From positions 30,914 through 67,527 of the forward strand of contig JBFXLI010000003.1 of NCBI GenBank assembly GCA_050187915.1: DNA of 36,614 bases, in the 5' to 3' direction. The notes under the pieces were generated by a model. It made no database searches and had not been told where the DNA came from. It saw only the letters and a list, made by a program, of their open reading frames with translations. The first letter of the stretch is position 1. Each line of letters starts with the position of its first letter. Of the stretch, positions 28,401-36,614 are shown piece after piece. The translations under genes and the position numbers were made by a program. This DNA is from Candidatus Woesearchaeota archaeon. GTDB lineage: Archaea > Nanobdellota > Nanobdellia > Woesearchaeales > SKGA01.

Positions 28401-28983
28401 TCATTGATTTTAAAGTTTCATCATTTATTTCTTCTATTTTTTTTATTTCATGCGATGTTCTAAATCCATCGAAGAAGTGAAGAAATGGAATTTTTGATTC
28501 TAGTGTTGCTAAATGAGCTATTACTGCTAAGTCTTGTGCTTGTTGTACGTTTGCTGAGGATAAAAGTGCAAAGCCTGTTGTTCTTGCAGCCATAACATCT
28601 GAATGATCTCCAAAAATTGAAAGAGATTGACATGCTAAAGAACGAGATGCTACATGAAATACTGTTGGAAGCATTTCTCCTGCTATTTTAAACATATTTG
28701 GAAGCATTAAAAGAAGTCCTTGGGAAGCTGTAAATGTAGTTGTTAGAGCTCCTGCTGTTAAAGAACCATGTATTGCTCCTGCTGCGCCACCTTCTGATTG
28801 CATTTCTTGTACTTTAGGCACTGTACTTAAAAGGTTTAATTTGCCTTGAGAAGCCCATAAATCTGCTAATTCACCCATTGGAGAAGATGGTGTTATTGGA
28901 TAAATTGCTGCTACTTCACTGAATTTGTAAGCTATATTAGTTGCTGCTTGATTTCCATCGCAAATTATGAATTTTTTTTCCAT
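25489..28983 (-). CDS. nifJ: Single-chain (homodimeric, bacterial-type) pyruvate:ferredoxin oxidoreductase
   Basis: YPITPSS, SEGGAAGA, FFDGFRTSHE, two CxxCxxCxxxCP, FEFSGACSGCGE, ANATGCSSIYG and GGDGWAYDIG motifs. Confidence 0.95.
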   Translation of the reverse strand: MEKKFIICDGNQAATNIAYKFSEVAAIYPITPSSPMGELADLWASQGKLNLLSTVPKVQEMQSEGGAAGAIHGSLTAGALTTTFTASQGLLLMLPNMFKIAGEMLPTVFHVASRSLACQSLSIFGDHSDVMAARTTGFALLSSANVQQAQDLAVIAHLATLESKIPFLHFFDGFRTSHEIKKIEEINDETLKSMINEEYIKNFKSRAINPEKPFVKVGAQNPDVYFQGRETVNKYYDVTPEIVEKYMKLFEEKTKRKYELFEYYGSPTAEKIIIAMGSGTDTIKETLDYLNDKKLGCLIIHLYRPFSIKHFIDKIPKTIKKIAVLDRTKEPGSIGEPLYLDVVTSLNSTKLKPEIYGGRYGLSSKEFTPSMVKSIYDFLDDKPHHNFTVGITDDVTNLSIPIKEEISTVDKSTIQCKFWGYGSDGTVSANKNTIKIIGETTNKFIQAHFEYDSKKSGGVTISHLRFSDKQINSEYDVENSDIIALHKCSYIKKYNILKGIKKNGIFLINSHYKPEELFENLPELMQKQIIENNIKVYTINALEIAKEVGLGNRINTIMQTAFFKLANIIPFDESLKLIKEHTKKTFEIKGQKVVDMNITAIDMAINSTYEVPIKQTSKHLELQNLIPENSDEFTKNVVLPIMKLEGNSIPVSQMSFDGTIPTNTTRLEKRCATDMVPVWDKSKCIQCGMCSFVCPHAAIRTKQIHSKDLENSPKTFETLDVKNQNDLKFKVQVYPEDCTGCTHCVKQCPTGALRMISIEEAFKNNESENEKFFDNLPDNILDGAIPNTIKESQLRKPFFEFSGACSGCGETPYIKLVTQFFGDRMIIANATGCSSIYGGTFPTIPFSVNKNGEGPAWANSLFEDNAEYGFGMRIAINQIRNSLKEKIKKLIEIGTTKELKELLEKLLQNYNKTNDETKKLVQEIKKQLQIASKEVYGESEPILKQIIQQQNYLMEKSVWIIGGDGWAYDIGFGGLDHVASQKENVNILILDNEQYANTGGQCSKSTPRGATAKFAISGKEQPKKNLGLMMMSYGNVYIASINIDANKIQAIKAIKEAEEYDGPSIIIAYSNCINHGLNMEDAEKVSKDATASGYWPLYRYNPKLENPLTWDSPENSIEFKDYVAEQNRYNILKRTNPNQAEKLISLAKLDNEFREKMIKNFQNK

Positions 28984-29087
28984 TCAAAACACCTTCTTTG
29001 ATAAGTTTTAGAATGGTTTTATTTATAAAGTTAATGGGGTAGTGTTCAAGTAAAAATTTATAAATCAAGTCTAATTTTGCTCATTTT

Positions 29088-29972
29088 ATGAATTTGGCTT
29101 ATTCAGTAGGTATACCTGTTAGAAACGAAGAAAATACAATAATTCAAACTATTGAAAGCGTTCTTAATCAAAGTGTTTCGCCCAAAGAAATACATATCTG
29201 TGTAAATGGATCTTCTGATAATACATATAATTTAGTTCAAGATATGGCTAAAGTTGAGAAAAGTATAAATTTAATAACTTCTGAACCTGGAAAACCAAAT
29301 GCCTGGAATAAGATTGTTTCTGAATCATCAGAAAATAAAATTATGTTTTGTGATGGTGATGTTTTAATTTGTAATAAAGCTGGAGAAAATTTAGCTGAAA
29401 GATTAGAAGATAAAAATTTAATTATAGTTGGAGGAAGCAAAAAATATTTTGAACCCAACACATTAAAAGGAAAATATTTAGGATTTAGAAAAAGTGAGAA
29501 GATAACTAAAATTAATTGGATTTCTGGAAGTCTTTACATGGTTAAAATAAAAGAACTTTTTGACTTAGCCCAAAATTTAAAAGTTGAAGTGATGCCTAAA
29601 GATATAATATGTGAAGATAGTTATTTGGATTTAATTACTCAAGGGTATAAAGAAATTATTGAATCTGCTTATAATATTTCAAGGCAAGTTGAAACTTTTA
29701 AAGATTGGAATTTAAGTCTGCAAAGATCTTTTGTTGGAAAAAAACAATTGAAAGAAAAACTTCCTGATTTACAATACGGAAATCTTTCGATGAAAAAATT
29801 ATCTCAATATTACTACAGATTAAATCAATTTGAAGGAATTTTTAATAAATTTTCAGCCTTATCTTTACATATATTAGGTAGATGCTTAAGAAAATATTAT
29901 GAAAAAATTGGAAAACCTGATATCGGAGTAGTTTGGCCAGAAACTAAATCAACAAAAAGATTCTATAATTAA
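29088..29972 (+). CDS. Glycosyltransferase family 2
   Basis: IPVRNEE..I..TIESV, NGSSDNT, GKPNAWN, DGD (DxD) and ED motifs. Confidence 0.88.
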   Translation: MNLAYSVGIPVRNEENTIIQTIESVLNQSVSPKEIHICVNGSSDNTYNLVQDMAKVEKSINLITSEPGKPNAWNKIVSESSENKIMFCDGDVLICNKAGENLAERLEDKNLIIVGGSKKYFEPNTLKGKYLGFRKSEKITKINWISGSLYMVKIKELFDLAQNLKVEVMPKDIICEDSYLDLITQGYKEIIESAYNISRQVETFKDWNLSLQRSFVGKKQLKEKLPDLQYGNLSMKKLSQYYYRLNQFEGIFNKFSALSLHILGRCLRKYYEKIGKPDIGVVWPETKSTKRFYN

Positions 29973-30691
29973 TATAATTTATTTTGCATTTCTGACGTTA
30001 TTATTAATTTATAATTCTCATCTATATAAAAATCAATTTCGCTTCTAATTCCAAATTTTTTATCAATATAAATTCCTGGTTCTATAGTATAACCTAAATT
30101 TAATTTTATAGGATTTTTATTTCTTCTTGAAATTGCACCATAAACTCCATGTGGAGAAACTGTTCCTATTGAATGTCCTGTACTATGTTTTATGTGTTTT
30201 TTATATCCTGCTTTTATTATTACTTGGTTTGTTACTTCATTTATTTCAAATCCAGTTGGAAGTATTTTTTTCTTTAGATTTTTTTGTATAAATTTTAGTG
30301 CTTCATCTCTTGCCTTAATTACAATTTTGAAAACATCATTTAATTTTTTAGATGGTTTTCCATTATGTGTTACCCATGTTAAATCTGCATATGGCGCTTT
30401 TGAAATATTTAATTTTGCCCATAAATCTATTAATATTAAATTATTTTTTTCTAATTTTTTTGATTTTGTTTTTGGACAAAAATGTGGTGAAGCAGCACTT
30501 TCGTTAAATGCCACAATTGGTTTATCTGTTGTAATCATTTTTCTTTTTTTGTATTCTTGTAAAATAAATTGTTGTATTTGATATTCTGTAATAGATTTTT
30601 CTGTGTTTATTAAATCAAAAACTTTATTTTTTATTTCTGTTAAATTTTTTACTGCAATTTTATGTTGAAGAATTTGTTTTTTTGTCCACAT
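29969..30691 (-). CDS. M24 metallopeptidase (Xaa-Pro aminopeptidase-like), catalytic domain only
   Basis: PH, IDLWA...YADLT, HSTGHSIG, TIEPGIY and GIRSE motifs. Confidence 0.88.
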   Translation of the reverse strand: MWTKKQILQHKIAVKNLTEIKNKVFDLINTEKSITEYQIQQFILQEYKKRKMITTDKPIVAFNESAASPHFCPKTKSKKLEKNNLILIDLWAKLNISKAPYADLTWVTHNGKPSKKLNDVFKIVIKARDEALKFIQKNLKKKILPTGFEINEVTNQVIIKAGYKKHIKHSTGHSIGTVSPHGVYGAISRRNKNPIKLNLGYTIEPGIYIDKKFGIRSEIDFYIDENYKLIITSEMQNKLY

Positions 30692-30779
30692 GATATTTGT
30701 TATATTTTAGATATATAAAAAGCTAAGCTTTATTAATTAAATCGCTATTTCTTTCGAGTTGGTAATAAAAAGGTAATAT

Positions 30780-31103
30780 ATGGATTGCCGTTTGAGCGAA
30801 TATTGTATAAACACATGCAAGGCAAAGTGTTGTAAACGAGGAAAATTGCCTTTGACTTCTGAAGAAGCAAAAATGTTTGATAAAAATAGAATTGATAAAA
30901 ATAATCATTATGATTTAACGGATGGTTGTGAATATCTTGATAAAAATTTAAAGTGTAAAATTTATGATAAACGTCCAAAAATTTGTAAAGATTATCCTTT
31001 TCATGAAATGGGGCCTGTTAAATTTGCAATAACTCATTGTGATGCTGTACAAAATGGTGTGTTGGATGAAGAAATAATCAAAAGAAAAATTAGAAAGTTC
31101 TAA
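30780..31103 (+). CDS. YkgJ-family Cys-cluster (Zn/Fe-chelating) protein
   Basis: C...CKAKCC, CEYLD...CKIY.KRP.IC..YPF motifs. Confidence 0.85.
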   Translation: MDCRLSEYCINTCKAKCCKRGKLPLTSEEAKMFDKNRIDKNNHYDLTDGCEYLDKNLKCKIYDKRPKICKDYPFHEMGPVKFAITHCDAVQNGVLDEEIIKRKIRKF

Positions 31104-31145
31104 ATAGAAAATATTATAAATCAATTAAAAAAAATAAACTCCTTA

Positions 31146-31838
31146 TTGGAAAATAAAACTGAAACTAGAATTTTACCAAAATATATGATTTTAATATATT
31201 TAAGCGTACCTGTATTTTCAATAATTTATTTAGGAACTCAATTCATGAATTCTAGTTTAAATTTCAAACAATATTTGATGTTTACTTCTTTAATGGCAGT
31301 TGTAATAACTGGTGGATATCAATTATTTTTTTGGGTACAAAGAAATAATTATTTTTTTAAAACAAGATGTTTAAAAATAAAACTTGATGATAAGATTCCA
31401 TTTTGGCCAAGTTGGATATGGATTTATAATTTTATTTATTATATTATGATGGGGTATGTTATTGTTTCAATAAGTTCAATTGAAGAAGGAGTTAATTTAA
31501 TTTTTGCAGGACTTGTTTTATTATCCTTTCAAGCAATAATTTTTATGTTTTATCCTTGTACCGTTCCACCAAGTTGGAGAAAATATAAGGTTAATTCTTT
31601 ATCTACTAGATATCTTAAATTTGTTCAAGGAATTGACAATGGGAGAAATTGTATGCCTAGTATGCATTGTTCTGTTGCAACATTAATTGGACTTATTTTA
31701 TTACCAACTTTATCTTATTTTGCTTATGGATTTATAGCTTTAATTGCTTTGAGTTGTTTGTTTGTTAAACAACATCAAATTTTAGATTTAGTTCCTGGAA
31801 TTTTATTGGGTTGGTTTGTGTTTGTTTTAATATTATAA
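31146..31838 (+). CDS. PAP2-superfamily membrane phosphotransferase/phosphatase (Aur1/IPC-synthase-like)
   Basis: LDDKIPF.P.W.WIY, NCMPSMH and KQH..LD motifs; about six TM helices. Confidence 0.8.
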   Translation: MENKTETRILPKYMILIYLSVPVFSIIYLGTQFMNSSLNFKQYLMFTSLMAVVITGGYQLFFWVQRNNYFFKTRCLKIKLDDKIPFWPSWIWIYNFIYYIMMGYVIVSISSIEEGVNLIFAGLVLLSFQAIIFMFYPCTVPPSWRKYKVNSLSTRYLKFVQGIDNGRNCMPSMHCSVATLIGLILLPTLSYFAYGFIALIALSCLFVKQHQILDLVPGILLGWFVFVLIL

Positions 31839-31898
31839 AGAAATTAAATTAAAAATATATAACTTATTAAATTTGTTTTAATTTTTTAATTTTGATTT

Positions 31899-32444
31899 TT
31901 AAATTAATTTTTTCTTTAACTTTTGAATTCCAAAAGCTAATCCTCCACCTAAAAGTGCGGTGTATAATTGGAAAATTCCAAATGAAGTTAATAATGCTAT
32001 TGGAACAACTTTGAATAAAACTAGCACTGATATTGAAGAAAATAAAAATATTGTTTTAGCAATTGAACTAATTAATAATGAAATTGCATAATTATTTTTG
32101 TGTTTTAAATTTAAATATTTTATTCCCCAAACAATTATTGTATTTCCTATCCAAATAAATGGAATTAAGTAAAGTAAAAATTTTGTGTATGTTCCAAATA
32201 AAATTCCTGCGGATAATACTCCGATTGAAGGTATTAATATTATAGGTAAAACTTTTTCAAACTTTAGATTTAATGCACCAAGTATTAAAGCGCAATTTAC
32301 TATGCTTCCAACTAACCATTGTGGATGTCCTAATACAAATGGTATAAAAAAACATACTGCTAAATATGCGAAGAATTCTATGTTTTCTTGTAAGAATGAA
32401 AGTTCTGTTTCTACTATGTTAAAATGTTTAGTAATGAAGTTCAT
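31899..32444 (-). CDS. Membrane protein, ECF S-component-like
   Basis: Q.LVGSIVN..L, LIPS, IPFIWIGN and Q..TA..GG motifs; about six TM helices in 181 aa. Confidence 0.6.
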   Translation of the reverse strand: MNFITKHFNIVETELSFLQENIEFFAYLAVCFFIPFVLGHPQWLVGSIVNCALILGALNLKFEKVLPIILIPSIGVLSAGILFGTYTKFLLYLIPFIWIGNTIIVWGIKYLNLKHKNNYAISLLISSIAKTIFLFSSISVLVLFKVVPIALLTSFGIFQLYTALLGGGLAFGIQKLKKKLI

Positions 32445-32615
32445 GCCATTAAATTAAATAATAAAATATATAAATGCTTTGAAAAATAATATATTTTAAA
32501 AGTTATAATTTTTAATTACGATTTGTTATTAATTTAATATATATTCATTATTAATAAAAATATTTGAAATTAATATTTAGAAAATATTAAATAGTTATAA
32601 TAAATTTTAAATAAC

Positions 32616-33386
32616 ATGATAACAGTTATTTTATTGGCATTAGGATTATCTGGCGCTGGAATTTATACACTTATTAGAGGTAGTAAAGAATTTATAAAAT
32701 ATAAATTAATTACAACTGTTCCTCTTAGAAAAATTTCTGAAATTAAAGAAAATTATACACATATTAAAGGTAAAGTTGTTGGAAAAAATTCAATAAAAGT
32801 TCCTTTTAGTAATGTAAATTGTGTTTATTTTAAATATGATATTGAAGTTATGGGAACCCTATCTTTCACTAGTCGTCATAGTTGGGATGTAATGTATAGT
32901 TATCAAAGTAAAAATGAATTTTATATAGATGATGGAAGTAAAAAAATTTTAATTGATCCATTAAATATTGATGCTAATTTAACGTTTAAAAAAATATATA
33001 AATTAACTAGTAGAATTAAAGAAGATGTTGATTTATTAAAAAATGAATTAACAAATATAATTAATAATCCCATTAAATCTTTAGATATTACCGAATATAA
33101 ACTTGAATTAAAGAATGAAAGAGAATCCGATTTATTAAGAAGAGTAAATGATAAACGTTTAAAAGAGTATTATATCCAAGAAGGAGATGAAATAGAAATT
33201 TATGGAAATTTTGAAAAAAATACTATTAAAAACAACAAATACATGTTTATGTTTGATGAATTATATGGTGAAATAACTGCAAAACTTTTAAAATATAAAT
33301 TTATCTTTGATTTTGTTATTGGTTTAGCTATGTTTATATCAAGTATGATTTTAATTTATATTGCCACTAATCCACCAATATTATAA
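32616..33386 (+). CDS. GIDE-domain-like membrane protein
   Basis: N- and C-terminal TM helices, IKGKV, PFS...CVY, FYIDDGS..I.IDP, E..I.EGD.I.IYG motifs. Confidence 0.65.
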   Translation: MITVILLALGLSGAGIYTLIRGSKEFIKYKLITTVPLRKISEIKENYTHIKGKVVGKNSIKVPFSNVNCVYFKYDIEVMGTLSFTSRHSWDVMYSYQSKNEFYIDDGSKKILIDPLNIDANLTFKKIYKLTSRIKEDVDLLKNELTNIINNPIKSLDITEYKLELKNERESDLLRRVNDKRLKEYYIQEGDEIEIYGNFEKNTIKNNKYMFMFDELYGEITAKLLKYKFIFDFVIGLAMFISSMILIYIATNPPIL

Positions 33387-33435
33387 TCATTATTTATAGG
33401 AAAAATATATAAATAAACAATTTCTAAAATAAACC

Positions 33436-34014
33436 ATGGAGCTGAGACATTTATCTATAGAAAATATTAGTTATTACTATTTATTTCATGGTGTTAAAAA
33501 AGATAATAAATTTTTAAAATATCAAAAATATGTTGGAATTGAAAAACCAACAAATGATGAACTTAAAAAATTAAAAGAAGATTTTTTAAATAATTTAGAA
33601 AAGCATGAAAAATTAAATACTATTGAATTATTGGAAGAAATACAAAATAAATTCGGCTATATTAGTAAAGAAAATTTCATAAAACTTTCAAAAGAACTTG
33701 ATATTCCTTTAATTGAACTTACTGGTATTGCTACGTTTTATAAAAATTTTAAATTTGAAAAGCAAGGTAAAAATATTATAAAAATTTGTAATGGAACTGC
33801 TTGTAATGTTAAAAAATCTCCAGAATTATTAAAGCATTTGGAAAATATTTTAAAAATTAAAGCTGGTGAAACGACAAATGATTTTAAATTTTCTTTAGAG
33901 ATTGTTAATTGTATTGGTGCTTGTGCTAGAGCACCTGCTATGATGGTAAATGATAATATTTATGGTGAACTTACAAAAGAAAAAATTGAAAAAATTATTG
34001 AGAATTTAAAATGA
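33436..34014 (+). CDS. hydC: HydC/NuoE-like [2Fe-2S] subunit with an extra N-terminal domain
   Basis: IQNKFGYI, ATFY..F, CNGTAC and CIGAC..AP motifs. Confidence 0.85.
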   Translation: MELRHLSIENISYYYLFHGVKKDNKFLKYQKYVGIEKPTNDELKKLKEDFLNNLEKHEKLNTIELLEEIQNKFGYISKENFIKLSKELDIPLIELTGIATFYKNFKFEKQGKNIIKICNGTACNVKKSPELLKHLENILKIKAGETTNDFKFSLEIVNCIGACARAPAMMVNDNIYGELTKEKIEKIIENLK

Positions 34015-34057
34015 AACAACGAATGAAAATGAGTGCTCAGCTCGCACGGAGTAAGAG

Positions 34058-35818
34058 ATGAAGTTAGCTCCTGAATTGGAAAGTGACAGAATTACGATTG
34101 GTGTTGCTACTTGTGGTATTTCTGCAGGTGCATTAGAAGTATTAGAAGAATTAAAAAAATTTAATCTTGATATTCCTATTATTGAAACTGGTTGCATTGG
34201 TATGTGTTATAATGAACCAATTGTTACTGTTGTTCAAAATAATAAAAAATTTATTTATGGTAATGTTAAAAAAGAGGATGTAAAAGAACTTGTTAAAAAT
34301 ATTAAAAATAAAACTATTTATGATGAAAAATTTATTTGTAATGATATTAATGATTTACCTTTTTATAAAAAACAAAAAAAATTAGTTATGAATAATTGTG
34401 GTATTATTAGTCCTTTAAATTTAGATCACTATATTTCTCGTGGTGGTTTTTCTGGTTTGAAGAAATGTATTGAAATGCATCCTGAAGATGTTATTGATGA
34501 AATTGATAAAGCTGGTTTAAGAGGTAGAGGTGGTGCTGGTTTTCCTACTGCTAAAAAATGGAGATTTATCAGTAATAAATCTGGCGAAAAATATATTGTT
34601 TGTAATGGTGATGAGGGAGATCCTGGTGCTTTTATGAATAGAACTTTAATGGAAAGTGATCCTTTTAAAATTATTGAAGGTTTAATTATTGGTGCTTATG
34701 CTACTGGTGCTGAGAAAGGTATTATTTATACTAGATCTGAATATCCTTTGGCGATAAAAACTTTAAAGCTTGCGATTGAAATTGCGAAAAAAAATAAACT
34801 TCTTGGTAAAAAAATTTTAAATATTGAAGATTTTAATTTTGATTTAGATATTATTACTGGTGCTGGTGCTTATGTTTGTGGTGAAGAAACTGCATTAATT
34901 CAAAGTATTGAAGGTAAAAGAGGAAATCCAAAACCTCGTCCTCCATTTCCTGCTGAAAAAGGAGTTAATGAAAAACCTACTGTTGTAAATAATGTTGGTA
35001 CTTGGGGACATGTTGCTACAATCATGCAAATTGGTGTGAAAGAATATTCTAAAGTTGGTTCTAAATTTACAAAGGGAACAAAAATTTTATGTTTAAGTGG
35101 AAAAATAAAAAGAACAGGAGTTATTGAAGTTCCTTTTGGAATTACTTTACATGAAATTTTGTATGATATTGGTGGTGGTTCAAATACTGAGAAAAAAATT
35201 AAAGCTTTATTTCCTGGTGGTCCTGCTGGTGGTTGTGTTGTTCCTAAAAATTTCAATGCAACTTTAGATTATGAATCTATGGCTGAACTTAAAACTATTA
35301 TGGGTTCTGGAAGTTTCATCGTTATGGATGAAAAAGATTGTATGGTTAATGCTGCTAAATATTTTATTTCGTTTACTCAAAGTGAAAGTTGTGGTAAATG
35401 TGTTCCATGTAGAGAAGGAACAAAAAGATTGCTTGAGATGTTAACTAAACTTTCTAAAGGTAATGGTACTATTCAAGATATAGATAAAATAAATGATTTA
35501 GCTAAATTTATTAGTGAAAATTCTTTATGTGGTTTAGGACAATTTGCACCTAATCCTGTTTTATCTACTATAAGAGAATTTAGAAATGAATATGAAGAAC
35601 ATATTGTAAATAAAACTTGTAGAGCAGGAGTTTGTGAAAATTTACTTAAATATTTTATTGAAGTTAATTGTATTGGTTGTGGTGCTTGTAAAAGAGTTTG
35701 TCCTGTTGGTGCTATAAGTGGTGAACCTAAAGAAAGGCATGTTATTGATCAAAATAAATGTATTAAATGTGGTAGATGTTATGAAGCATGTCATTTTAAT
35801 GCTATAACTAAAAATTAA
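34058..35818 (+). CDS. hydB: HydB/NuoF-like FMN/NADH-binding subunit
   Basis: GLRGRGGAGFPT, CNGDEGDPGAFM, GAGAYVCGEETAL, ESCGKCVPCREG and C-terminal 2[4Fe-4S] motifs. Confidence 0.92.
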   Translation: MKLAPELESDRITIGVATCGISAGALEVLEELKKFNLDIPIIETGCIGMCYNEPIVTVVQNNKKFIYGNVKKEDVKELVKNIKNKTIYDEKFICNDINDLPFYKKQKKLVMNNCGIISPLNLDHYISRGGFSGLKKCIEMHPEDVIDEIDKAGLRGRGGAGFPTAKKWRFISNKSGEKYIVCNGDEGDPGAFMNRTLMESDPFKIIEGLIIGAYATGAEKGIIYTRSEYPLAIKTLKLAIEIAKKNKLLGKKILNIEDFNFDLDIITGAGAYVCGEETALIQSIEGKRGNPKPRPPFPAEKGVNEKPTVVNNVGTWGHVATIMQIGVKEYSKVGSKFTKGTKILCLSGKIKRTGVIEVPFGITLHEILYDIGGGSNTEKKIKALFPGGPAGGCVVPKNFNATLDYESMAELKTIMGSGSFIVMDEKDCMVNAAKYFISFTQSESCGKCVPCREGTKRLLEMLTKLSKGNGTIQDIDKINDLAKFISENSLCGLGQFAPNPVLSTIREFRNEYEEHIVNKTCRAGVCENLLKYFIEVNCIGCGACKRVCPVGAISGEPKERHVIDQNKCIKCGRCYEACHFNAITKN

Positions 35819-35819
35819 A

Positions 35820-36614
35820 ATGAAAAATAAAAAAATAAAATTTAAAATAAACGACATTGATGTTGAAGGTAATGAAGGAGATAAAATTATTGATGTCGCT
35901 AAAAAATTTAATATAAGAATTCCTCATTTATGTTATCATCCGAGACTTGAAAGTGTTGGTGCTTGTAGGCTTTGTATTGTTGAAGTTGAAGGAATATCTA
36001 AACCTGTTACTTCATGCTCTACTCCTATAAGAGAAGGTATGGTTGTTAGAACTCACACTCCTAGAATTTTAAAAGATAGAAAAACTAATTTACAATTAAT
36101 TTTAGCGAATCATGATTATAGTTGTTTGACTTGTTCTCATAATTTAAAATGTAAATTACAAAAATATGCTGAAGAATATGGTATTGAAAAAATTCCATTT
36201 GAAGGTGAAAAAAGAATTAGTGTTCCTGATTTTTCAAGTACTTCTATTGTTAGAGATAATAGTAAATGTATTTTATGCGGTAGATGTGTAAGAATGTGTC
36301 AAGATGTTCAAACTGTAAATGCTATTGGTTTTGAAAACAGAGGATTTTATACAACTGTAACTACTCCATTTAATGTTCCTATGAATAATAGTTCTTGTGT
36401 TAATTGTGGACAATGTGTAATTGTTTGCCCTACTGGTGCATTAAGAGAAAAAACTAATTTAGATGAAGTTATTGAAATTTTAAATTCTGGAAAATATGTT
36501 ATTGCTCAAACTGCTCCATCTATTAGAGCGTCACTTGGTGAATGTTTTGGAATGGAAGCAGGTGTTGCTGTTACTGGTAAGATGGTTAGTGCTTTAAAAC
36601 AAATTGGATTTAAA
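35820..36614 (+). CDS. hydA: [FeFe]-hydrogenase catalytic subunit, 5' part (runs off the window, absent from the ORF track)
   Basis: Own translation: IPHLC...ACRLC...SC (2Fe-2S), H...CLTC.....C, two CxxCxxC motifs, then the H-domain start AQTAPSIRASLGECFG...GKMVSALKQIGF. Confidence 0.88.
   Translation, partial: MKNKKIKFKINDIDVEGNEGDKIIDVAKKFNIRIPHLCYHPRLESVGACRLCIVEVEGISKPVTSCSTPIREGMVVRTHTPRILKDRKTNLQLILANHDYSCLTCSHNLKCKLQKYAEEYGIEKIPFEGEKRISVPDFSSTSIVRDNSKCILCGRCVRMCQDVQTVNAIGFENRGFYTTVTTPFNVPMNNSSCVNCGQCVIVCPTGALREKTNLDEVIEILNSGKYVIAQTAPSIRASLGECFGMEAGVAVTGKMVSALKQIGFK

Noticed and set aside
34011-34061. Selenocysteine readthrough or frameshift joining the mini-ORF to hydB
   Set aside because: The TGA is not in the hydB frame, hydB is complete from ATG 34058, and no slippery site is evident.
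25773-35857. Opposite-strand ORFs within or overlapping PFOR, GT2, M24, YkgJ, the ECF-like gene and hydB/hydA
   Set aside because: They overlap confidently identified CDSs and have no independent evidence.
1-36614. CRISPR array, rRNA, transposase or DGR template/variable repeat pair
   Set aside because: I saw no regularly spaced repeats, rRNA-like tract, transposase or RT motifs, or adenine-mismatched long repeat by eye.

Overview
AT-rich chromosomal segment of a small-genome archaeon, most consistent with a DPANN lineage such as Woesearchaeales. This is inferred from the S-layer protein, aIF2-gamma, aEF1-beta with a DUF1610 Zn-ribbon, thermosome, Cdc6/Orc1-like ATPase, NreA, archaeal TATA promoters and GAGGTG Shine-Dalgarno sites. 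Housekeeping genes are interleaved with three MNT-HEPN toxin-antitoxin pairs, a decayed PIN/RHH module, cell-surface proteins, a tRNA-Ser(TGA) and bacterial-type metabolic genes (TrhP-like U32, YhhQ-like transporter, single-chain PFOR plus ferredoxin, and a HydC-HydB-HydA [FeFe]-hydrogenase operon cut by the window end). The most unusual signals are non-coding: (1) a ~145-nt multi-branched fold-back inside the thermosome CDS that coincides with atypical codons; (2) a 36-38-bp motif in three copies at the borders of TA and U32 cassettes; (3) a tRNA bracketed by duplicated fragments of its own ends, with short GA-hairpin insertions that recur in the hydrogenase operon; (4) a ~75-nt candidate sRNA with its own promoter and terminator; (5) a structured ~170-nt S-layer leader. 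All family assignments come from motif recognition by eye and all folds were paired by hand; no searches or folding programs were run.
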